DNA from: a virus
DNA length: 64,000 nucleotides
Virus genome (UHGV): UHGV-1455077
Reading direction: 5' to 3' (one strand)
Shown here: piece after piece, positions 50,088 through 58,942 of the stretch
How the letters are laid out: the number at the start of each line of letters is the position of its first letter
How positions within the stretch are numbered: the first letter of the stretch is position 1
The notes under the pieces: model-generated
Seen by the model: the letters and a program-made list of their open reading frames with translations, nothing else
Databases searched by the model: none
What the model was told of the DNA's origin: nothing
Translations under genes and position numbers: made by a program

Positions 50088-50671
50088 TGAAACATTTAAA
50101 AACTAAAATATCATTTTTTGATATTGATGAAACAATTTTTCATACACACGCTCTGATTAATGTTATGAAAAATGAACAAATCATTAAGAAATTGACCAAT
50201 AAAGAATTTAATACATATAAATTACAGGATGGAGAAAGTTTTGATTTTTCTGAATTTAGAGATTCATCTGTTTTTTATAATACATCTGAACCTATTAATA
50301 ATGTTATTAAATTGGTTAAACGATATATTGATAATATTAAAGGTAATGATAGAGTTATTTTTCTGACAGCTCGTGAAGATTTTAAAGATAAAAATAAATT
50401 CTTAGAAACATTTAGAAAATATGGAATCAATATAGACCATCCAAATGTATATGTTGAAAGAAGTGGTAATTTAAAATTTATTGAGAAAGTTCATCAACGA
50501 AAAAATTTTATTGTTCGTAAGTATCTTAAAACGAAACTATATACTGATGTTAAAATGTATGATGATAGTCATAATAATTTATCTAATTTTATGATGTTAC
50601 AAAAGTCATTTCCTAAATGTAATTTTAATGCTATTCAAGTAATTGGAAATGGTAAATTAAAGAAATTTTAG
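50087..50671 (+). CDS. HAD-superfamily phosphatase (194 aa), possibly polynucleotide 3'-phosphatase-like
   Basis: HAD motif I FFDIDETIF (DxDxT), motif II LTAR, motif IV MYDDS. Confidence 0.5.
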   Translation: MKHLKTKISFFDIDETIFHTHALINVMKNEQIIKKLTNKEFNTYKLQDGESFDFSEFRDSSVFYNTSEPINNVIKLVKRYIDNIKGNDRVIFLTAREDFKDKNKFLETFRKYGINIDHPNVYVERSGNLKFIEKVHQRKNFIVRKYLKTKLYTDVKMYDDSHNNLSNFMMLQKSFPKCNFNAIQVIGNGKLKKF

Positions 50672-51036
50672 TATCCACACGCATACCACCATCCAGTTGC
50701 ATTGTATGAACCTGAACGACTAAAAGTTATTTGATGGTTATTGACAATTGATACTCTTAAATTAACAGAATTTGAATCATTTCTAATTGCTATGCATATT
50801 GTATAATTAGTATTAGAAAATGCTTTATGAATTGTTTTAGTTTCTGTATTTATTGTATTAGTTCCTAAAAAACCACCTTGTTCAATCCAGCCATCTGACC
50901 AAACACGATACCATTCAGTTCCTTCATTCCAAGTTTCCACAACATATTTCATTGAATTAAGTTTATCAGTTACTTCTTCAAGTTTATCAAGTAATCCATT
51001 AATTCGTTCCATATCAATTTTTGAAACATCAGTCAT
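50668..51036 (-). CDS. small conserved protein, paralog family member C (122 aa)
   Basis: MTDVSKIDMERINGL..., WYRVWSDGWIEQGG, ends ...ACGY. Confidence 0.6.
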   Translation of the reverse strand: MTDVSKIDMERINGLLDKLEEVTDKLNSMKYVVETWNEGTEWYRVWSDGWIEQGGFLGTNTINTETKTIHKAFSNTNYTICIAIRNDSNSVNLRVSIVNNHQITFSRSGSYNATGWWYACGY

Positions 51037-51048
51037 ACATTATCTCCT

Positions 51049-51077
51049 TTGAAGAATATTTAATAAATATTCTTCAA
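51049..51077 (-). promoter_or_regulatory. perfect 29-nt palindrome ttgaagaatattta-a-taaatattcttcaa directly 5' of RBS (AGGAG) of paralog gene C
   Basis: Read directly; on minus strand the core reads TATTTATTAAATA as in the other two elements. Confidence 0.5.
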
Positions 51078-51117
51078 ACTTTATTTTTGTTAGAATCAAT
51101 TTTTTAAAAAAATGGGT

Positions 51118-51125
51118 TATAAATA
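51118..51125 (+). promoter_or_regulatory. T4-type late promoter motif TATAAATA upstream of 51165 gene
   Basis: Exact TATAAATA about 40 nt upstream of ATG. Confidence 0.35.
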
Positions 51126-51164
51126 TTTTTATAACAAAATTAAGTTTATTCAAGGAGAAAAAAT

Positions 51165-51785
51165 ATGAGCGGTATAATTAATCCAGAAACTGGTAAGCCT
51201 TTAAGACATTATGCACAGGATTTGGTTACAAGAGCAAGATATATTATCATTTCTTTACAGAATGATACTGATAAAGATACTTGTTCAGTAGTTGATATTG
51301 ATGCATTGGATTCAGATACACGTGCTGAATTAGTTAATTTGGTTAATAGTGAGGAATGCCAGCATCAACCAGAAATTTGGAAAGTTTTAGATAGAAAATA
51401 TTTTATGAATTATCCAAAGCAGACAATGTTGAAAGTTTTAAGAGGATTAAAACAGATTAGAATTGTTAAGTCTGCACAAGTTGCAATTCAATGCCCAGAT
51501 GATGTTGTTAGAACACCAAAAGATATTATTGAAGGTTTGAATGTTTATTATGCAACAAAAGCAAATCAAGGAAAAATTGGTATGTCTAATCCATATATGC
51601 CAACCGAGATGATGCAGACAGCTCCAGTTCAGGCACTTCCAACAGCTATTGACAATCAACCAGCAAATGATTCTGAAATTAAAGAAATTAAAGAAGAAAT
51701 GACTCAAATTAAAGAAACAGTTGGTGCATTAACGACATCAATTTCTGAATTAGTAAAGGCTTTATCAGAATCTAAAAAAGGTTAA
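51165..51785 (+). CDS. hypothetical protein (206 aa)
   Basis: ORF with RBS AAGGAG; Pro/Gln-rich linker and C-terminal helix. Confidence 0.5.
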   Translation: MSGIINPETGKPLRHYAQDLVTRARYIIISLQNDTDKDTCSVVDIDALDSDTRAELVNLVNSEECQHQPEIWKVLDRKYFMNYPKQTMLKVLRGLKQIRIVKSAQVAIQCPDDVVRTPKDIIEGLNVYYATKANQGKIGMSNPYMPTEMMQTAPVQALPTAIDNQPANDSEIKEIKEEMTQIKETVGALTTSISELVKALSESKKG

Positions 51786-52072
51786 TGATGATAACTGATG
51801 AACAATGGAAAAAAATGACAAGCGATGTTTTTTCAATTTTTTTGCCATCATCAGAAATTGTTGAAAAAATAGAAGTAAGCTGGTATAATGGAGAAGTTAA
51901 AGAATTTAATACTTCTGGAGAATTAATGGCTTATTTATATACTTTGCAAGATTATGTAGATTATGATATTTTTCAAATTATAAAAATGAATTTTAAATTG
52001 AAAGATGAAGAAAAGCATAAAAAAGATATAGATTATTTAGTTCAACAAGTTATAAAAAATATTGGGGGTTAA
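51785..52072 (+). CDS. hypothetical protein (95 aa)
   Basis: ORF coupled (ATGA overlap) to upstream gene. Confidence 0.45.
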   Translation: MMITDEQWKKMTSDVFSIFLPSSEIVEKIEVSWYNGEVKEFNTSGELMAYLYTLQDYVDYDIFQIIKMNFKLKDEEKHKKDIDYLVQQVIKNIGG

Positions 52073-52092
52073 TTAACCCCCCATTTTTTATT
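52060..52092. terminator. bidirectional terminator, GC-rich palindrome gggggttaattaacccccc + T-run
   Basis: Only strongly GC-rich hairpin in the region; between convergent genes. Confidence 0.75.
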
Positions 52093-52576
52093 CTTCTACA
52101 TCTTCAACAAATAATATTGCCGATGCTGTAATATTCATATTAATACCATTAGTATTTCCGACAACACCAGCAGGGCAAAACATACATAAATATTGAGATG
52201 GATTTAATGTAATATTTTTTTCAATGTAAAAAGATGCACCTGGGACAACCCGAACATCGTGTGCAATATATGTTTGAATATTGCTATTTGAACCATCTTT
52301 GATGTATAAATCTACTGATTTAAAATTTGAAGGTTCATAACGAGGATATGTATGTGTATTTGCATCATATTCTTCAATACGTGGGTCAAAAACATTACAA
52401 ATATATAATGAGTGAATTTGAGCAGTTGAGCCTTCTTCACGTAAAACTTCTCCCATACTACTTGAGCCAGATAAAACATTAGTAGTATTTTGACCAGCTA
52501 AAGCAGAAGGAATAATAATTTTTTCAGTACCAACTTGTTTTGAAACAGATAAAAAGTTTTTAAATATTTCAGCCAT
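52088..52576 (-). CDS. hypothetical protein (162 aa), possibly structural
   Basis: ORF; beta-rich composition. Confidence 0.45.
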   Translation of the reverse strand: MAEIFKNFLSVSKQVGTEKIIIPSALAGQNTTNVLSGSSSMGEVLREEGSTAQIHSLYICNVFDPRIEEYDANTHTYPRYEPSNFKSVDLYIKDGSNSNIQTYIAHDVRVVPGASFYIEKNITLNPSQYLCMFCPAGVVGNTNGINMNITASAILFVEDVEE

Positions 52577-52656
52577 TTAAAATCCTTAATTTTTAATTAT
52601 AATAATATTTATTGAAAAGAGATTGAATGATGTAGTAGAATAAATAACAAAGTTAA

Positions 52657-54150
52657 TTGAGGATTATTATGGTTAAATTAACAATAATTTATAAAGATTA
52701 TATTCATTGTACTGTTCGTGGTTTATTACCTGATGATATAGCTAAATGTATTAAGGAATTTAAAGTTTTTATTCCTTCAGCACGTTTTCAACCATCTTAT
52801 AAATTGGGTCGTTGGGATGGTTACAAACAATATTTTACTATTACAGGTCAAACTTATGTTAATTTATTGCCACGTATGTTTGAAATTATAAATGTTTCTC
52901 AATATGAAGTTGAAATAATACGTCCTGAAAATGTTATTGAAGACCCAGATTTAGGTGAAGATATTGATAATACTTATTTTTCTTATTTAAAATGGTATAA
53001 AGGTCATTATAAGGAAGATGAACCTATTATGTTGGAAGACCATCAAGTTAGAGTTGTTAATACTTGCTTAAAAAATCACAGATGTATTATTGATGCCGCT
53101 ACTGGTTCAGGAAAAACTTTAATATCAGCAGTTTTAGCAAAAAAGGTACTCCCTTTTGGAAAAACAATACTTATTGTTCCTTCTAAAGATTTGGCTTTTC
53201 AGTCAGCTAATGAATTTAAGCAATGGGGTTTAGATGCTGGTATTGTTGGTTGTAATTTAAGAGAATTTGGACACGATGTAACTGTTTGTACTTGGCAAAC
53301 AATTAATTCAATGGAGCGTTCAAAAACTGAAAAACCATTATCAGTTGAGGAATTAAGTAAATTAAAAGATGGGGTTGTATCTTTAATTTTTGATGAATGT
53401 CATCAATGTAAATCTTATCATATTCAACAAGTTTGTGATTCAACATTTAAAGATGTTCCAATTAAATGGGGATTAACAGGTACTGTACCTAAAGAAAAAT
53501 CAGATTATTATTGCTTATATACTTCATTGGGTGGTGTTGGAGCAGTTGTTGAAGCTAAAGAATTGCAAGATAAAGGATTTTTAGCTAATTGTAATATAAA
53601 TTGTATTCGTTTAGAAGATAATACTTTATGTCAAGATTTTACATCTGAAATTGAATATTTAGAAAGTAACGATGAAAGAATATCTTTTATCACACAACTT
53701 TTACATTCGATTGTACAAACATCTGGTAATACATTGGTTTTATTAAGTCATAAAAAGTTTGGTAAAAATTTAACTGAAAAATTAATTAAGTTAGGAACAA
53801 ATGCCATATTTTTAAATGGCGATGTAAAATCAACTAAACGTTTTGAAGAATATGAAAAAATTAAGACAGAAAATAATAAATGTATTGTTGCAATTGATAA
53901 AATTGCATCAACTGGATTAAGTATTTCAAGATTGTTTAATTTAGTTTTTATTGATTATGGTAAAGCATTTACAAAAACTATTCAATCAGTTGGTCGTGGA
54001 TTACGATTGGCAAAGGATAAAGATTTTGTTGAAATTTATGATATATCATCAACAACTAAATATTCAAAAAAACATTTTAATGATAGAATACATTACTATG
54101 ATGAAAAAAAATATCCATTTAGAATACTTAATATTGACAAATGGAGATAA
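52657..54150 (+). CDS. superfamily-2 DECH-box helicase (UvsW-like), 497 aa
   Basis: Walker A DAATGSGKT, motif II IFDECHQ, helicase C-terminal domain blocks. Confidence 0.6.
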   Translation: MRIIMVKLTIIYKDYIHCTVRGLLPDDIAKCIKEFKVFIPSARFQPSYKLGRWDGYKQYFTITGQTYVNLLPRMFEIINVSQYEVEIIRPENVIEDPDLGEDIDNTYFSYLKWYKGHYKEDEPIMLEDHQVRVVNTCLKNHRCIIDAATGSGKTLISAVLAKKVLPFGKTILIVPSKDLAFQSANEFKQWGLDAGIVGCNLREFGHDVTVCTWQTINSMERSKTEKPLSVEELSKLKDGVVSLIFDECHQCKSYHIQQVCDSTFKDVPIKWGLTGTVPKEKSDYYCLYTSLGGVGAVVEAKELQDKGFLANCNINCIRLEDNTLCQDFTSEIEYLESNDERISFITQLLHSIVQTSGNTLVLLSHKKFGKNLTEKLIKLGTNAIFLNGDVKSTKRFEEYEKIKTENNKCIVAIDKIASTGLSISRLFNLVFIDYGKAFTKTIQSVGRGLRLAKDKDFVEIYDISSTTKYSKKHFNDRIHYYDEKKYPFRILNIDKWR

Positions 54151-54183
54151 TTTTTATTATAATTTATGAAAAAAGGATAAAAA

Positions 54184-54744
54184 GTGGAAATATTATTACC
54201 AGAAAATGAACCATTTAATTTAAATCAACCAAAAAGTAAATTAATAGATTCTAAAATATGTGTATTTGATTATTCTGATAAAGATGATAAGGATTTTTTA
54301 TTTAAAAAAATAACATCATTTTTTTCTTATGGGTATCATATGGTAGAATTGCAAATTGGGCAGAAGTATAAATTAGAAGTTCCTTTAAATTGGAGAGTAA
54401 TGGTTATTAATGACCACGATTTAATGTGTCAGCTTGTATCTATTGATGAGTTATTGCATTTTAATCATCAAACAGTTATTTTTAATCCTTTTTATGTTGG
54501 TATACCAAAAATTGTTGACATTAAAATAAATTCTGTTAATATAAACAAAGTTCAATGTTTTGTTCCTAAATTACCAAAGAAAAATTTATTGGTTACGCCT
54601 TTAGGAACAAAAAAGGATTGGGATAATAAAATTATTGATAAAAATACTGGAAAAGTTTCATATTATCCCGATTGTATAATGATGTGTGATGATATTGATA
54701 CGTCAAAATGTGAACTGGATTTATATGACGATATAATCGTTTAA
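54184..54744 (+). CDS. hypothetical protein (186 aa)
   Basis: ORF. Confidence 0.45.
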   Translation: MEILLPENEPFNLNQPKSKLIDSKICVFDYSDKDDKDFLFKKITSFFSYGYHMVELQIGQKYKLEVPLNWRVMVINDHDLMCQLVSIDELLHFNHQTVIFNPFYVGIPKIVDIKINSVNINKVQCFVPKLPKKNLLVTPLGTKKDWDNKIIDKNTGKVSYYPDCIMMCDDIDTSKCELDLYDDIIV

Positions 54745-54756
54745 TTAAACTTTTTT

Positions 54757-55269
54757 GTGGGAGAAAACATAATGTCTGTTTGTGCAGTACGAAAAACTGA
54801 TAAATTTATTGAACTTAGTTGTGATACACAATTGACTTGCGATACAACGATTTCATCTGAATTTTTAGATTCAAGTAAAATGTTTGAAAAAAATGGAATG
54901 ATTGTAGCAGGAGCTGGCCCGATTCGTGAAATAAATATGTTGAAAATCTTTATGGAAAAAAATTTAATTGGTGAGCCAACCGAAGAAAATATTTTAATGT
55001 TTATGTTTGATTTTCAGCAATTTAAACAGCAAATGGGATTGCCACCAGAAATTGAATGTCAGTTTATTTTAATTTTAGGAAATAAAGTTTTTAGTGTTAT
55101 TCAGGGAGAAGTTTTAGAAATTCCAAGATTTTATGCTATTGGTAGCGGACAAGATTTTGCACAGGCGGCATTGTATCTTGGACATACAACTGAACAATCA
55201 GTAAAAGTTGCGTGTAATTTAAATGTTTATTGCCACGAGCCAGTTAAAACAATAACAAAAGAAATTTAA
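54757..55269 (+). CDS. HslV-like Ntn-hydrolase (proteasome beta-type) protease homolog, about 165 aa
   Basis: AIGSGQDFAQAALYLG matches HslV AIGSGGPYAQAAARAL; GMIVAGAGP matches VIAGFAGG; likely true start at ATG 54772 giving N-terminal Ser after Met. Confidence 0.55.
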   Translation: MGENIMSVCAVRKTDKFIELSCDTQLTCDTTISSEFLDSSKMFEKNGMIVAGAGPIREINMLKIFMEKNLIGEPTEENILMFMFDFQQFKQQMGLPPEIECQFILILGNKVFSVIQGEVLEIPRFYAIGSGQDFAQAALYLGHTTEQSVKVACNLNVYCHEPVKTITKEI

Positions 55270-55323
55270 TAAAAAATATGAAAATCTTTCTAATAAATAA
55301 AAATATTAGAAGGATTTTTAATT

Positions 55324-55875
55324 ATGGATATTATTGATACTCGTAGAACTTTTGATGAAGATTATGCTAAAATGCGTTATACTTTGTATATTCAAAAAGT
55401 TAATACTTTATTAGAAAATCATCAAAAACCTCATAACAAAAAATATAAGCAAGGTTTTTTCATTCCAAAAAGACCTCTTAAAGTTATGAATATTATGGAA
55501 ACTACTGAACCACAACCAATTGTATGGAGAAGTAGTTGGGAAAAAGATTTATGTGAATGGTTAGATACAACCGATGCAATTGTTCGTTGGGGTTCAGAAA
55601 TTGTTCAAATTTTATATCGTGACCCAACAAAAAATAAAATGTCTTTTTATACTCCTGATTTTTATGTTGAATATTTGGATGCTAATAAAGTTCTTAGAAA
55701 AACAATGATTGAAGTTAAACCATTAAAAGAAGCTACACTTAAAAAAGCATCAAATGGTTGGGATAAAATTTTAGTTGCAAAAAATGCAATGAAATGGGTT
55801 GCCGCTAATGAATATTGTAAAAAACGAGGAATTACATTTAAAGTTATGCACGAACATAATTTAGGAATTTTATAA
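55324..55875 (+). CDS. PD-(D/E)xK-fold protein (183 aa), possibly head-completion/gp4-like nuclease
   Basis: Motif TPDFYVEY...IEVKP (PD...ExK). Confidence 0.35.
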   Translation: MDIIDTRRTFDEDYAKMRYTLYIQKVNTLLENHQKPHNKKYKQGFFIPKRPLKVMNIMETTEPQPIVWRSSWEKDLCEWLDTTDAIVRWGSEIVQILYRDPTKNKMSFYTPDFYVEYLDANKVLRKTMIEVKPLKEATLKKASNGWDKILVAKNAMKWVAANEYCKKRGITFKVMHEHNLGIL

Positions 55876-57360
55876 TTTTAAATTCATATAGTATTGATAT
55901 GCTCTTTTTATTAATTTTTCTTTATTAGGTTTTGTTAATTTATCATAATTACCACGATATTGTCTAATAAAATCTTCATAAAAATCTGTAAATGACTTCC
56001 AATCTGAAAGATTAAAAAATTCTTTTTTTATCCATTCATCAAATAAAAATGCAGTTTCTTGATAATAGGCATTTTGTTCAACAGGGTCATTCCAATAATT
56101 TGTTGCCGCTTCATCTGAATCAAATTTTTGTTCAGTTGATTTGTATGTTTGTGTACGTCTTAAACTATCAATTAAATGAATACATTCGTGAATTAATGAT
56201 GGAATAACAGTTTCTTTGGAATTTTGAATATATTTAAGGATTTCCTTTCTCATATATTTTGTAAATATATTTTTTGCAAGTTCGGTAGTATCATTTGTGG
56301 TATCTTTTAATTTAATATACTCATTTAAATGTTTTTTCATTATCTTTGAAAACAAATCATTAATAGACATTGTTAAAGCAGGAAATGTGATAACTTTAAA
56401 TTTTCCGTCAATACTTTTACCAAAAGATGGATTTGGTTCAACATTCATATCACAAAAACGAAGTAAGTATTCATATGGTGAATTTTTAATAATTAGTGAA
56501 GTCTTTTTAAATGCCGAAGTCATATTGATAAATGCAGAATCCGTATTAAATAACATTTCATCATTTTTAATAGCTTTAATACAAAGTTTAGCTAATTTGT
56601 TTGCTAATATTCTATATTGTGAATCTTGCTGAATATCTTCATTTAATACAGATTCTTCTAATGATAAATTTTTATCATAATTTTTTGTAATATAATCACG
56701 AAGTTTTTGGATAAAACCATTACTTCTTAATTTTTTAAAAATAAGATTTTCTTCAGATAATTCTCCCGATGTTGTTAATCCTTCTTTTCTCATTGAATAT
56801 AAATTATCTAATAAATCATTGGCTTCTTCAGTATTATATTCAGATGATAAAATATTATCAATTTGTAAAACTAAGTCTTTATATTTTGGTGAATCTTTTA
56901 CATCTTCTACTTCTTTTGTAATTTGTTCAGGTTTTTTAATCCATTTATCAAATTTTAAAGAATATTTTCCGCCTGATTCAGCAGGTTTTGAAGCATCCTC
57001 TACATATAATTCAACGGGATGACCATAAATTGTAATATCGTGGTTTGCATTAAAAATTGTTTTTTTAGCATTAAAGTAATCTTGTAATAATTCTATGTTA
57101 ATATCATAATCACTAAATTTAACAATAATATGCAAATCAATATCAGAATCTTTATTAAAATTGAAGTTAGCCATTGAGCCTGTAAATTGAATATCAGCAA
57201 TATCAAGTGATAAATCTAAATATTGAATAAAAGCATCTGCAATTTGCATAAGTTTATTATATACTTGAGGTTTTAATTCATCTTTTTCCCAAATGTCAGT
57301 ATTTAATGTATCACTAAATTTTATTGTATCTTCTTTTAAATTTAAATCTTCAAGTTTCAT
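55870..57360 (-). CDS. nucleotidyltransferase-fold protein with C-terminal HExxH motif (496 aa)
   Basis: Minimal NTase signature FTGSMANFNFNKDSDIDLHIIV (GS...DxD); later HECIH. Confidence 0.35.
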   Translation of the reverse strand: MKLEDLNLKEDTIKFSDTLNTDIWEKDELKPQVYNKLMQIADAFIQYLDLSLDIADIQFTGSMANFNFNKDSDIDLHIIVKFSDYDINIELLQDYFNAKKTIFNANHDITIYGHPVELYVEDASKPAESGGKYSLKFDKWIKKPEQITKEVEDVKDSPKYKDLVLQIDNILSSEYNTEEANDLLDNLYSMRKEGLTTSGELSEENLIFKKLRSNGFIQKLRDYITKNYDKNLSLEESVLNEDIQQDSQYRILANKLAKLCIKAIKNDEMLFNTDSAFINMTSAFKKTSLIIKNSPYEYLLRFCDMNVEPNPSFGKSIDGKFKVITFPALTMSINDLFSKIMKKHLNEYIKLKDTTNDTTELAKNIFTKYMRKEILKYIQNSKETVIPSLIHECIHLIDSLRRTQTYKSTEQKFDSDEAATNYWNDPVEQNAYYQETAFLFDEWIKKEFFNLSDWKSFTDFYEDFIRQYRGNYDKLTKPNKEKLIKRAYQYYMNLKL

Positions 57361-57459
57361 AAAAAATCCAATATAAATAATGTTATAATAATATTTATTG
57401 AAGGTATAATAAATTATTTAATAACTTACATTCAATAAGAAAATAGAATAAATAAACAT

Positions 57460-58443
57460 ATGAATGAATATAAAATTTATAAATTAATATTCCCAAATGG
57501 AAAAGTATATATTGGACAAACTAAGCAAGAAATTCAAAAAAGATGGGGATTTCAAGGAAAAGGTTATAAGAATTGCCCTAAAGTATATAATGCTATTTTA
57601 AAATATGGGTGGGAAAATGTTAAAAAAGAAATTTTATACGATAAATTAAATCATAATGATGCAAATATGTTAGAGATTAAATTAATAACAGAAGTATATA
57701 ATAGTAATAACAATAATTTTGGATATAATATTGAAAATGGTGGAAATACAATAGGAACACATTCGGAAGAAACAAAAAGGAAAATTGGTGAAGGTAATAA
57801 AGGTAAAATTGTATCATTAGAAACCAGAGAAAAAATAAGACAAAAAAATAAAAATAAACACTATAGTATACAAACAGAAATTTCAACTGGGCAACATTTA
57901 AGTTTTTTAACAGAATTTAAAAAAGGGGATATTCCGTGGAATAAAAATAAAAAATGCCCTCAAATTTCACAAAGGCTATATGGAAGAAAACTTTCAGAAG
58001 AAACAAAGATAAAAATTGGAGAAGCAAATTCTGGAAGAAAAATGTCCAATGAATTAAAATTAAAATTAAAATATATTAATACTGGAAGAAAACTTTCAGA
58101 AGAAACAAAAAGAAAAATTGGTGAAGGTAATAAAGGTAAAATTGTATCATTAGAAACCAGAGAAAAAATAAGACAAGCTAAATTAGGAAAGAAAGCAAGT
58201 AATGAAGCAAAAGAAAAATTAAAAAATATTTGTAAAATGTCAAATATGAAAAGAAATCAGCATTTAATATTTTTTAATGAAAAGATGTATAATTTAAAAG
58301 AATTATCAGAACTATTAAATGTTAAATATGCAACATTAAGAATGTATATCAGTAAATACTCAAAAATTTTAGGTGAACAAGAAGCAATAAATAAAATGAT
58401 TAAATACTATGGGGAAAAATATGACAAGTCCAGCGAAAAATAA
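57460..58443 (+). mobile_element. free-standing GIY-YIG homing endonuclease (Seg/I-TevI-like) with repeated NUMOD3-type DNA-binding motifs (327 aa)
   Basis: GIY-YIG: YKIYKLIFPNGKVYIGQT ... NIENGG; three NUMOD-like repeats (ETKRKIGEGNKGKIVSLETREKIRQ twice). Confidence 0.85.
57766..58176 (+). repeat. near-identical 78-nt direct repeat (57766..57843 and 58099..58176) inside the homing endonuclease gene
   Basis: Two copies differ at 1 nt; a third diverged copy near 57979..58040. Confidence 0.8.
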
Positions 58444-58942
58444 AGGTAATTCATTTGAACGAGAAGTTGCCAAATTTTTAACTACTATTTTTAATGAGCA
58501 TTTTAATAGAAATATTAGCGGTAGTGGTTCATATATTGGTGGTAATAATATTTATAGAAAGCAGATATTATCAGATTCGCAGGTTTGGAATAATCAAGGA
58601 GATATAATTTGTCCTGATTCATTTAATGGTAAACTTATAATAGAATGTAAATTTTATAAAGATTTTCCTTTTCATCATTTTTTAATTAATAAATCAATCC
58701 CTTTATTAGATGATTGGATAAAACAACAACTTACTATTGTAGAGGATAATAATATTTGGTTTATTGTATTTAAAATAAATCGTGTTGGAAGTTACATAGT
58801 TATTCCTGAAAAAATAATAGATATTGATGATTCATTGGGAAATCATTCAATATATTATAATAATGGAAATAGATATATCATAGCAGAATTTGAATCTTTT
58901 ATTAAATTATATAAAAATCAGATTAAAGAAAAATGCCTTTAA
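58409..58942 (+). CDS. putative PD-(D/E)xK nuclease-fold protein (177 aa)
   Basis: FEREV...ICPDSF...IIECKF pattern (E...PD...ExK); overlaps HEG 3' end. Confidence 0.35.
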   Translation: MGKNMTSPAKNKGNSFEREVAKFLTTIFNEHFNRNISGSGSYIGGNNIYRKQILSDSQVWNNQGDIICPDSFNGKLIIECKFYKDFPFHHFLINKSIPLLDDWIKQQLTIVEDNNIWFIVFKINRVGSYIVIPEKIIDIDDSLGNHSIYYNNGNRYIIAEFESFIKLYKNQIKEKCL

